A stretch of DNA of 64,000 nucleotides, taken from positions 200,717 through 264,716 of the forward strand of contig JAKLDN010000005.1 in the NCBI GenBank assembly GCA_022703505.1, given 5' to 3'. A program made the translations under genes and the position numbers. Positions 46,118 through 53,956 of the stretch are shown one piece after another (within the stretch, counting starts at the first letter, position 1; the number at the start of each line of letters is the position of its first letter). The notes below the pieces were generated by a model. That model had not been told where the DNA came from. It searched no databases and saw only the letters and a program-made list of their open reading frames with translations. Source of the DNA: Spirochaetota bacterium (GTDB lineage Bacteria; Spirochaetota; Spirochaetia; Treponematales; UBA12059).

Positions 46118-46156
46118 GAGTGTTGAAATGCTTCGAGTATTTCAACAACCTGCTAG
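46118..46156 (-). repeat. CTAG-anchored palindromic element, copy C (inverted)
   Basis: Reverse complement reads ctagcaggttgttgaaatactcgaagcatttcaaca; lies just after the ppaC stop. Confidence 0.75.
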
Positions 46157-46190
46157 ACCCGCGTCGAAGGAACCCGGCCGGAATCTTTTC

Positions 46191-46218
46191 TTGACGGACC
46201 CGGGACCCCGGGTATACT
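46191..46218 (+). promoter_or_regulatory. Sigma70-like promoter for the PII/EIIA/Mrp operon
   Basis: TTGACG-16 nt-TATACT, then 10 nt to the ATG with no SD. Confidence 0.55.
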
Positions 46219-46228
46219 GGTACTTCCC

Positions 46229-46594
46229 ATGAAGCTGCTGGTATTCGTCTTGAACAAGGAAGAGCTCCTCGACCGGGTCCTGGAAGCCTACATGGAGGCC
46301 GGGATCACCGGCGCCACGATCCTGGATTCCGAGGGAATGGGGCACTTCCTGGTCTACGAGGTCCCCCTCTTCGCGGACTTCAAGGACTTCCTGAAGGGGC
46401 ACAAGCCCTACAACAAGACCATCCTCTCCGTGGTCCCCGACGAGAGCGCCATCCCCCGGGTGGTGCGCCTGATCGACAAGGTCTGCGGCGGCTTCCGGAA
46501 TTCCAACACGGGCATCCTGTTCACGGTGCCCGTGGATTTCGCCGTGGGCCTGCTGGAACAGAATCCCCCGGGACCCGAGGAGACGCCGTCATGA
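46229..46594 (+). CDS. PII-like signal transduction protein
   Basis: MKLLVFVLNKEE...GITGATILDSEGMG...NKTILSVV...GILFTVPVD matches the PII-like fold; GlnB T-loop motifs not recognised. Confidence 0.75.
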   Translation: MKLLVFVLNKEELLDRVLEAYMEAGITGATILDSEGMGHFLVYEVPLFADFKDFLKGHKPYNKTILSVVPDESAIPRVVRLIDKVCGGFRNSNTGILFTVPVDFAVGLLEQNPPGPEETPS

Positions 46595-47049
46595 CGGACC
46601 TCAGCCCCTTCTTCACCCCCCAGACCGTGGTCCTGGATTTTTCCGCCCGCAAGAAGGGGGACGTACTCCGGAAGGTTTCCCAGATGCTCGCCGGGCCGGG
46701 CACGGGGAAGGCCGATTCCCTGGAGGACGCCCTCCAGCGTCGGGAGATCCTGTGTTCCACGGGCCTCGGCGAAGGAGTCGCGGCCCCCCACGTCCTCCTG
46801 CCGGGCCTCGAAAAGACCTCCCTGGCCTTCCTCCGGCTCCGGGACCCGGTGGATTGGAGAAGCCCCGACGGAATCCCCGTCCGGCTGGTCTTCGCCCTGG
46901 CCGGTCCCGCTGAGGACCCTGCCGCCCACCTCCAGATCCTGTCCCGGCTGACCCGGCTCCTCCGGGAACCGGACTTCCGCGAAACCGTGGCCGCCGCCGC
47001 ATCCGGCGAGGAGGTCGCATCCGCCTTCCGGCGGACCGAGGAGGAATAG
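46591..47049 (+). CDS. PTS EIIA-like (Ntr/Fru type) protein
   Basis: QRREILCSTGLGEGVAAPH (phospho-His motif), DWRSPDGIPV and HLQILSRL. Confidence 0.85.
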   Translation: MTDLSPFFTPQTVVLDFSARKKGDVLRKVSQMLAGPGTGKADSLEDALQRREILCSTGLGEGVAAPHVLLPGLEKTSLAFLRLRDPVDWRSPDGIPVRLVFALAGPAEDPAAHLQILSRLTRLLREPDFRETVAAAASGEEVASAFRRTEEE

Positions 47050-47052
47050 GGC

Positions 47053-47565
47053 ATGACACCCCGGACCAAATGGGACCTCGTGCGCTTCGTCTCCACCTTC
47101 TCGGTCCTCCTGGCCTCCTGGCTGCTCTTCGCGGGCCCCCCGGACGCCTACTCCATCGCCGCCGGGACCCTCTCCGCGGCGGTCCTGGCGGCCCTGACCT
47201 ACCGGTTCTTCCTGGACGACCACGAGGCCGGGGCCCGCCACCTGATACCGAACCCCCTGCTCCTGCTCCTGTACCTGCCGTACATACTGTTCCGGATCTA
47301 CGCGGCCAGCTTCATCCTCGTCTACGACATGATAGCGGGAAGGATGAACCCCCGGATCGTCCACTTCCGGACCCGCCTGCGCTCGGACCTGGCCCGGGTC
47401 GTCCTGTGCTCCTCCGTCACCCTGACCCCCGGCACCATCGCCGTCCTGATCGACGAGGACCACCTGCTGGTGCACTGGTTCAACGCCGAGTCCGGCCACT
47501 CCGGACGGGCCCGGCGGGAGATCGCGGAGTCCATGGAGCGGTTCCTGGGAAGGATCTGGTCGTGA
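47053..47565 (+). CDS. mnhE: Mrp/Mnh antiporter subunit E
   Basis: NPRIVHFRTRL and SSVTLTPGTIAV...LLVH motifs. Confidence 0.85.
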   Translation: MTPRTKWDLVRFVSTFSVLLASWLLFAGPPDAYSIAAGTLSAAVLAALTYRFFLDDHEAGARHLIPNPLLLLLYLPYILFRIYAASFILVYDMIAGRMNPRIVHFRTRLRSDLARVVLCSSVTLTPGTIAVLIDEDHLLVHWFNAESGHSGRARREIAESMERFLGRIWS

Positions 47566-47822
47566 TGCCCTGGGATTTCGTCCTCTGGTTCTTCCTGGGT
47601 TCCCTGGTCCTGGGCCTGGTGCGCCTGGTCATCGGCCCTTCCACGGCGGACCGCCTGGTGGGCCTGAACCTGGTGGCCGGGCAGGTCCTGGCCCTGCTCG
47701 TGCTCCTGGCGGTCAAGGAGGACGTGGCCCTGTACCTCGACGTGGCCCTGGCCTACGACATATTCGGATTCCTGGGCATCCTGGCCATCGTGAAGTACTT
47801 CACGAAACGGAGGGCGTCATGA
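47565..47822 (+). CDS. mnhF: Mrp/Mnh antiporter subunit F
   Basis: GPSTADRLVGL and YLDVALAY..FGFLG motifs. Confidence 0.85.
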   Translation: MPWDFVLWFFLGSLVLGLVRLVIGPSTADRLVGLNLVAGQVLALLVLLAVKEDVALYLDVALAYDIFGFLGILAIVKYFTKRRAS

Positions 47823-48151
47823 ACCCGGCCTACTGGATGGAATTGATCCTGATCTTCCTGGGGATGGGCTTCGCCCTGATCGGGAACCTCGGGGTCTTCC
47901 TCATGCCCGATCCCTACACCCGGCTCCAGGCTTCCGCGACCTGTTCCACCACCAGCGTGATCTCCGTCATCCTGGCGGCGATGGTCTCCTCGGGGTTCTC
48001 CCCCACCACGGGCAAGCTGGCCATCATCCTCCTCTATTTCCTGGTTTCCAGCCCCGTGGCCACGACCATCATCGCCCGGTATGCCTGGGAGTCCGGGATC
48101 GTCCCCTGGCGCAGGCCCAAGAGAAGGCTTGGAAAAGGAGGATCCCCATGA
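47819..48151 (+). CDS. mnhG: Mrp/Mnh antiporter subunit G
   Basis: MPDPYTRLQASA and LVSSPVAT..IAR motifs. Confidence 0.85.
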   Translation: MNPAYWMELILIFLGMGFALIGNLGVFLMPDPYTRLQASATCSTTSVISVILAAMVSSGFSPTTGKLAIILLYFLVSSPVATTIIARYAWESGIVPWRRPKRRLGKGGSP

Positions 48152-48381
48152 TCGAGGCCTCCCTCGTCCTGATGCTCCTGGTCGCGATCCTCTCCCTGGC
48201 GGCCCGGGACCTCCTAGCCACGATCGTGCTCCTGGCGGTATTCAGCCTCCTGTGCGCCGTGGTTTTCTACTACCTGCACGCCCCGGACGTGGCCATCACC
48301 GAGGCCGCCGTGGGCGCCGGGGTCTCCACCCTGATCCTGGTCTGGGCGGTCCGCCGCACCGCCCGCGGGGAGGAAGGATGA
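48148..48381 (+). CDS. Mrp subunit, stand-alone DUF4040 (MrpA-derived) domain
   Basis: APDVAITEAAVGAGVST signature. Confidence 0.85.
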   Translation: MIEASLVLMLLVAILSLAARDLLATIVLLAVFSLLCAVVFYYLHAPDVAITEAAVGAGVSTLILVWAVRRTARGEEG

Positions 48382-48638
48382 GGACCCTGCGGCGCGTCCT
48401 GGAACTCCTTCCCTTCCTGGCCCTGGCCGTGGCGGTCATCCTTCCCCTGGCCGTGATGCCCCCGGCCCCGACGGCCTTGCGGGACTACTGCGTGGAACGG
48501 GGGATCGCCGAGACCGGGGCACCCAATCTGGTCAGCGCCATCTACCTGGGCTGGCGCGCCTACGACACCCTGGGGGAAACCATCGTCCTCCTGCTGGCCG
48601 TGACGGGCGCCCTCTACCTACTGGGAGGCCGGGAATGA
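48378..48638 (+). CDS. Mrp subunit, MnhB-associated small membrane protein (MrpA-derived)
   Basis: NLVSAIYLGWRAYDTLGET signature. Confidence 0.85.
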   Translation: MRTLRRVLELLPFLALAVAVILPLAVMPPAPTALRDYCVERGIAETGAPNLVSAIYLGWRAYDTLGETIVLLLAVTGALYLLGGRE

Positions 48639-49051
48639 GGAAAACCGACGCCCTCTCCGTGATAACCGGCAAGCTGGGTCCCTTGGTCCTGGTGTTCGGG
48701 GCCTACCTGATAGCCTTCGGCCACGTCTCCCCGGGGGGCGGGTTCCAGGGAGGGGTCGTCCTGGCCAGCGGGGTCCTCCTCCTGGCCATCGGCCGCGGCA
48801 CGGACACCGTGCTCGCCCTCCTGACCCCCCGGCTCCTGGCCCGGATCGAGGCCTCCGCCTTCGCCCTGCTCCTGGTGACCGGACTTGCGGGCATGCTGGC
48901 GGGCAAGGGATTCTTCGGGAACTTCCTGACCGCCGGCGGCCCGGCGGGCCCGGTCGGATTCATCATCGCCCTGAACGTGCTGATCGGGGTGAAGGTCGGG
49001 GCCGGGGTGGCCTACCTCTGCCTGATCCTGCTGAAGGACTCGGACCGATGA
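48635..49051 (+). CDS. mnhB: Mrp/Mnh antiporter subunit B
   Basis: GHVSPGGGFQGG and IGVKVG motifs. Confidence 0.88.
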   Translation: MRKTDALSVITGKLGPLVLVFGAYLIAFGHVSPGGGFQGGVVLASGVLLLAIGRGTDTVLALLTPRLLARIEASAFALLLVTGLAGMLAGKGFFGNFLTAGGPAGPVGFIIALNVLIGVKVGAGVAYLCLILLKDSDR

Positions 49052-49389
49052 TCCCCCGTCTGCTGTGCGGAGCCATCCTCCTGACCGGGCTCGCGGGGCT
49101 CGTCTGGAACCGCAACCTGATCAAGAAGGTGGCGGCCCTCTCGGTCATGAACAGCGCGGTCATCCTGCTCTTCGTCCTGGGCGGGTCCGAGACGGGGATA
49201 CGGTCTCCCATCCTGACGGGGACCGACCTGCCCGTCGTGGATCCCCTGCCCCAGGCCCTCATGCTCACGGCCATCGTCGTGGGCGTCGCGGTCACCGCCC
49301 TGGCCCTGGTGCTGGCGGTCCGCCTGCACGAGCGCTTCGGCACCCTGGATTCCCGGGAGATCGAGGAGAGGATACGGGATGAGCCCTGA
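49048..49389 (+). CDS. mnhC: Mrp/Mnh antiporter subunit C
   Basis: NLIKKV and DPLPQALMLTAIVVG motifs. Confidence 0.88.
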   Translation: MIPRLLCGAILLTGLAGLVWNRNLIKKVAALSVMNSAVILLFVLGGSETGIRSPILTGTDLPVVDPLPQALMLTAIVVGVAVTALALVLAVRLHERFGTLDSREIEERIRDEP

Positions 49390-51070
49390 GCGGCTGGCCC
49401 TGTGGATCGCCCTCCTGCCCCTCCTGGCCGCCGCCCTGCCCCTCCTGGAGAAGGCCTTCGGGCGGCCCCGGACCGAAGCCGGTCCGGCGAGCGACCTGGG
49501 CGCCCTCCTCGGCCTGGCCGGACCGCTGGCCGTCCTGGCCCTGCTCTACCCCGCCGTGACGGACGGGGGGATCGTCCACCTGACCCTGGGCGAGTGGTCC
49601 CCGTCGATCGGCATCCGGTATCGCCTGGACGGCCCGGCCTGGTTCGCCTCTGCCTTCACGGCGGTCGTGTCCCTGTGCGCGGGGCTCTACGCCCGGGCCC
49701 GGGGAGGGTATTCCCCCACCTTCTGGTTCCTCTTCCTCCTGTGCCACTGGTCCCTGCAGTCCGCCCTGCTGGCCGCGGACTTCTTCCACCTCTTCGTCTG
49801 CCTGGAGCTCATGGCCCTGACCTCCTACGTCCTGATCGCCTACAAGAAGGAGAGCGCGGCCCTCTTCGCGAGCTTCAACTACTTGATGGTGTCCACCGCC
49901 GCCATCGTCTTCTATCTCTTCGGGCTGTACCTGCTGTACGGAGCCTCGGGCACCCTGTCCATCGAGGAGGCCGGCCGCGTCCTGGCCTCGGCGAGACCTC
50001 GGGAGCGGGGCCTCGCGGCCCTGGGCCTGGCCTTCCTGGCCGGGGGCCTGGGGGTGCGGACCGCCTTCCTGCCCTTCCACGGCTGGCTACCGGACGCCCA
50101 CGCCAGCGCCCCGCATCCCGTATCCGCCCTCCTGTCGGGGGCCATGATCAAGGTGAGCTTCTTCGCCCAGTGGCGCATCCTTTCCCTGGCGGAGTTCCCG
50201 ATGCTGCGGGAGAGCTTCCTCTGGCTGGGGGCGGCCGGGGCGTGCGCGGGCGTGGTATTGGCCCTCTGCCAGTCCGACGCCAAGCGCCTCCTGGCCTGGC
50301 ATTCGGTCAGCCAGGTGGGCTACGTCCTGGCCGCCTTCGGGGCCGGGAGCCCCGCGGGCCTCCTGGCGGCGGGCCTGCACGCCGCGGCCCACGGCCTGTT
50401 CAAGAGCCTTCTGTTCCTCTCCGTGGGGAGCGCGGCGGACGCCGCGGGATCCCGGAACGCGTACCGCATGGCGGGGGCTTTCCGGGGCCTGCCGGAGGCG
50501 GCTGCGGGATTCGTCTTCGGCGCCTTGTCCATCGCGGCCCTGCCCCCCTTCATCGGGGCGGTGAGCAAGGACCTCGTGGCCTACGCCGCGGGAGGCGGCC
50601 TGCCGGGAGCCCTCCTCCTGGCGGCCTCCGTGGGCACCGCGGCCTCCTTCTCCAAGCTGGGCATCCTCTTCTTCTCGGCGCCGGAACCGGGATCCCGGAC
50701 CCCGGCCCTTTCCGCCGTAGAACTGGGAAGGCTCCGGGCGGCCCTCCGCCGGGGAGCCCTGCCCCTGGCGGCCCTCTGCCTGGGCACGGGCCTCGCCGCT
50801 CCGGCCCTGGTGCCCGCCGCGGCCGGGCTCCTGGCGCCGGGATATACCGCGGCCTTCGCCTTTTCCCTTTCCGGGGCCGCGAAGAGCCTGGGGATCGCGG
50901 CGGCCGGCTTCGCCGCGGCCCGGGCGGTCCTCTCCCCCCGGGGCCGGGCCCTGGCCCACCGGTTCGAGCGCCTGGGTACCGGATCCGAAACCACCCTGAC
51001 CCTGACCCTCCTGGGCCTTGCCCTCCTGGCGGCCCTGGGCGGCTGGGCGGGGCGGGGAATCCCGGGGTAG
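49379..51070 (+). CDS. mnhD: Mrp/Mnh antiporter subunit D-like (NuoN/NuoM-like), copy 1
   Basis: DFFHLFVCLE, PFHGWLPDAH, ALLSG, KRLLAWHS, HGLFKSLLF and LPPFIG..SK motifs. Confidence 0.85.
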   Translation: MSPERLALWIALLPLLAAALPLLEKAFGRPRTEAGPASDLGALLGLAGPLAVLALLYPAVTDGGIVHLTLGEWSPSIGIRYRLDGPAWFASAFTAVVSLCAGLYARARGGYSPTFWFLFLLCHWSLQSALLAADFFHLFVCLELMALTSYVLIAYKKESAALFASFNYLMVSTAAIVFYLFGLYLLYGASGTLSIEEAGRVLASARPRERGLAALGLAFLAGGLGVRTAFLPFHGWLPDAHASAPHPVSALLSGAMIKVSFFAQWRILSLAEFPMLRESFLWLGAAGACAGVVLALCQSDAKRLLAWHSVSQVGYVLAAFGAGSPAGLLAAGLHAAAHGLFKSLLFLSVGSAADAAGSRNAYRMAGAFRGLPEAAAGFVFGALSIAALPPFIGAVSKDLVAYAAGGGLPGALLLAASVGTAASFSKLGILFFSAPEPGSRTPALSAVELGRLRAALRRGALPLAALCLGTGLAAPALVPAAAGLLAPGYTAAFAFSLSGAAKSLGIAAAGFAAARAVLSPRGRALAHRFERLGTGSETTLTLTLLGLALLAALGGWAGRGIPG

Positions 51071-51076
51071 CCCACG

Positions 51077-52762
51077 ATGACCGCACCGGGTCCCGAGGTG
51101 ACGGCCGTTCTGGTCGTGTTCCTGGCCCCCCTCGCGGCCAGTCTGGGTCCCCTGGTTTCCAAGGCCTTCCTGGACCCCGGTCTCCGAGGCGGCTGGGCGG
51201 CTCGAGCCATCCCGGCGGTCTGCCTCGTTCTGGGTCTCCTGGCGTCCCCGGCGGCCCTGATCCGCCTCCATGCCGCGGTGACCGGCGGCGGAACCGTGGC
51301 CTTCGCCCTGGGTCTGCCCTCTCCCCTGGCCATCCGGTACCTCCTGGACGGCCCCGCCTGGCTGGCCTGCGCCCTGATCGCGGCGATCGGGCTGTGCGCG
51401 GGCCTGTACGGCCTGGTCTCGGGGGGATATTCCCCGGCGTTCTGGTTCTTTTTCCTCGTGGCCCTCTCGGCCCTCTACGCCTGCGTCCTGACCGCGGACC
51501 TCTTCAACCTCTTCGTGAGCCTGGAACTCCTGGCCCTCTGCTCCTACGTTCTCATCGCCTACAAAAGGACACCCGCGTCCCTCTGGGCGTCCTATTCCTA
51601 CCTGGTGACCTCCACGGTGGCCGTGGTGTTCTACCTGCTGGGACTCTACTTCCTGTACGGGTACGCCGGAACCCTGTCCATCCCGGAGGCGGCCGCGTCC
51701 ATCCAGTCGCTGGGTCCGGTCCCTCCCCGGGATCTCCGGATGGCCCTCGGGTTCCTGACCGTGGCCCTGGGGGTACGGAGCGCCTACGCTCCCTTCCACG
51801 CCTGGCTTCCCGAGGCCCACGCCTCGGCCCCCCACCCCGTCTCGGCCCTCCTGTCCGGGGCCACCCTGGCGGCGGGGTATTTCGCCCTGGGCCGGATCCT
51901 GTCGCTCCTGGACGTCCCCGCCCTGCGGGAGGGTCTGCTCTGGGCCGGTGCCCTGACGGCCCTGACGGGAGGCCTGTTCGCGGTCGCCCAGCGGGATGCC
52001 AAACGCCTCCTGGCCTGGTCCAGCGTGGGACAGGCCGGGCTCTGCCTGGCGGCCTTGGCCTCGGGCTCCTTCGCGGCCGGGGCCCTGCACGCCCTGGCCC
52101 ACGGGGCGGCCAAGGCCCTGCTCTTCCTGTCGGTGGGCCGGGCGGCGGACGAGGCGGGGAGTCGGGACCTCGGCATCCTCCAGGGACGGGCCGGCCTCGG
52201 CCCCTCCCTGGGTATCCTGATCGGGGCAGCCTCCCTGGCGGGCCTGCCGCCCCTGGCCGGCTGGGCCTCCAAATCCCTGGCGGGCTACGCGGCGGGCGGC
52301 GGCGCGGCCGGGATGATCCTTGCCGCCGCCTCCGTCCTTTCCGCGGCCGCGGCCTTCCGGGTCCTCCCGCTCCTCGTAATCTTCCGCCTCTCCGGAGGTC
52401 CGCGGGAAGGGTCCCCCGCGCCGTCGGGTCCCGGAGACATCCGGAACCTCGCCGTCGTTCTGACGGGGCTCCTGCCCCTGGCCGTCCTGTGCGTCGCCGG
52501 GGGTCTGCCCGGCATTCCGGCGGCCGCGGCGTCCCTGGCCGATTCGGGGGCCGGCCCCCTCGGCATCCCGGCGTTCGGATGGCCCGCCCTGGCCAAGGCT
52601 CTGCCGACTCTGGGCGCGGCCGCGGTTATAGCGGCGGCCGCCGGAACGCGGCCCGCGAGGAGGATCCTGGATCTTTGGGAACGGAGGGGCACCGGCGCGG
52701 ACGCCGCCCTCAGCCTGCTCCTGGCGGGGGCGGCCGCGGCCGCGCTTTCCGGACTGCTCTAA
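51077..52762 (+). CDS. mnhD: Mrp/Mnh antiporter subunit D-like, copy 2
   Basis: DLFNLFVSLE, PFHAWLPEAH, KRLLAWSS and LPPLAGWASK; paralog of the preceding gene. Confidence 0.8.
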   Translation: MTAPGPEVTAVLVVFLAPLAASLGPLVSKAFLDPGLRGGWAARAIPAVCLVLGLLASPAALIRLHAAVTGGGTVAFALGLPSPLAIRYLLDGPAWLACALIAAIGLCAGLYGLVSGGYSPAFWFFFLVALSALYACVLTADLFNLFVSLELLALCSYVLIAYKRTPASLWASYSYLVTSTVAVVFYLLGLYFLYGYAGTLSIPEAAASIQSLGPVPPRDLRMALGFLTVALGVRSAYAPFHAWLPEAHASAPHPVSALLSGATLAAGYFALGRILSLLDVPALREGLLWAGALTALTGGLFAVAQRDAKRLLAWSSVGQAGLCLAALASGSFAAGALHALAHGAAKALLFLSVGRAADEAGSRDLGILQGRAGLGPSLGILIGAASLAGLPPLAGWASKSLAGYAAGGGAAGMILAAASVLSAAAAFRVLPLLVIFRLSGGPREGSPAPSGPGDIRNLAVVLTGLLPLAVLCVAGGLPGIPAAAASLADSGAGPLGIPAFGWPALAKALPTLGAAAVIAAAAGTRPARRILDLWERRGTGADAALSLLLAGAAAAALSGLL

Positions 52763-53946
52763 CTTTTTGCCTTCCGGGTCTGCACGTCGAAGATGACGGC
52801 CGCCACGAGGACGGCGCCCCGGATGATGTACTGCAGGGAGATGTCCGTGCCCAGGAGGTTCATCCCGCTGGTCAGGGACATGTAGACGATGGCTCCCACG
52901 ATGGAACCCGTCACCTTGCCCACCCCGCCCGCGGCGGAAACGCCGCCGATGTAGGCCGCCGCGATGGCGTCCAGCTCGAAGAGGGTGCCCGCGGTGGTGG
53001 TGGCCGACTGCAGACGGGACGCGAAGAGGACCCCCGAAAGCCCACAGAGCATCCCCATGGACCCGAAGACGGTCAGGGTGATCTTCTTGACGCTGACCCC
53101 CGAGAGCTCCGCGGCCTCCGGGTTGCCGCCCACCGCGTAGATGTGCCGTCCCAGGACCGTTCGGGTGGTCACGAAGTTGTAGATGAGGGCCACGACGATG
53201 ACGATGGCCAGGGTCCAGGACATCCCGTTGTACCCCGCCACGACCCAGGTGATCAGGGACAGGACTACGGAGAGGAAGAGCTGCTTCAGGGCGAACATGT
53301 CCCCGGGCAGGACTTCGAGCCCGTACTTCTGGCGGCTGGCGCGCTCCTGGAAAGCCCGGACATTGAGCCACACGATGGCCAGGATGCCCAGGAGGAGGGT
53401 CAGCTTGTGGAGCTCGGGCAGGAAGGCCGTGTCCGCGGGCAGGATGTCCGGGATGTAGCCGTTGCCGATGGCGTTGAAGTCCTCGTTGGGGATGATGATC
53501 GTGCCGGTCTTGAGGGTGACCGTGAGGAGGGCCCCCCGGTAGATCAGCCAGCCCGCCAGGGAGGCCACGAAGGCGGGGATCCCCACCCCCGCCACCAGGT
53601 ATCCGGTCAACAGCCCCGCCAGGGTCCCCAAAACCAGGACGATCAGGATGGCGATCCAGGTGGAGACTCCCCAGGCGGTCATCGCGATGGCCGCCACGGC
53701 TCCCAGGAAGCCCGAGAGGAAGCCGATGGACAGGTCGATGTGCCGGATCACGATGACCAGGGTGATCCCGATGGCCAGGATCGCGATGTACCCCGTCTGG
53801 TTCAGCAGGTTTGCGATGTTCCGGGAGGAGATGAAGATTCCCTGGGTGGCGATCGTGAAGATCCCCATGATCACCACGAGGGCGATGTACATGCCGTATT
53901 CGCGAATGTTGCTCCGCAGGGCGGAGCGCAAGTCCTTGAGTATCAC
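52759..53946 (-). CDS. gguB: Multiple-sugar ABC transporter permease (GguB/MmsB-like)
   Basis: IRHIDLSIG, GRHIYAVGGNPEAAELSG and ELDAIAAAYIGG motifs. Confidence 0.85.
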   Translation of the reverse strand: MILKDLRSALRSNIREYGMYIALVVIMGIFTIATQGIFISSRNIANLLNQTGYIAILAIGITLVIVIRHIDLSIGFLSGFLGAVAAIAMTAWGVSTWIAILIVLVLGTLAGLLTGYLVAGVGIPAFVASLAGWLIYRGALLTVTLKTGTIIIPNEDFNAIGNGYIPDILPADTAFLPELHKLTLLLGILAIVWLNVRAFQERASRQKYGLEVLPGDMFALKQLFLSVVLSLITWVVAGYNGMSWTLAIVIVVALIYNFVTTRTVLGRHIYAVGGNPEAAELSGVSVKKITLTVFGSMGMLCGLSGVLFASRLQSATTTAGTLFELDAIAAAYIGGVSAAGGVGKVTGSIVGAIVYMSLTSGMNLLGTDISLQYIIRGAVLVAAVIFDVQTRKAKS

Positions 53947-53956
53947 CGTTCCCTCC

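Noticed and set aside
47053-52762. Energy-converting hydrogenase (Mbh/Ech) operon
   Set aside because: No [NiFe] large or small subunit and no NuoH/NuoI-like genes follow. The operon ends against the convergent gguB, so only the antiporter module is present.
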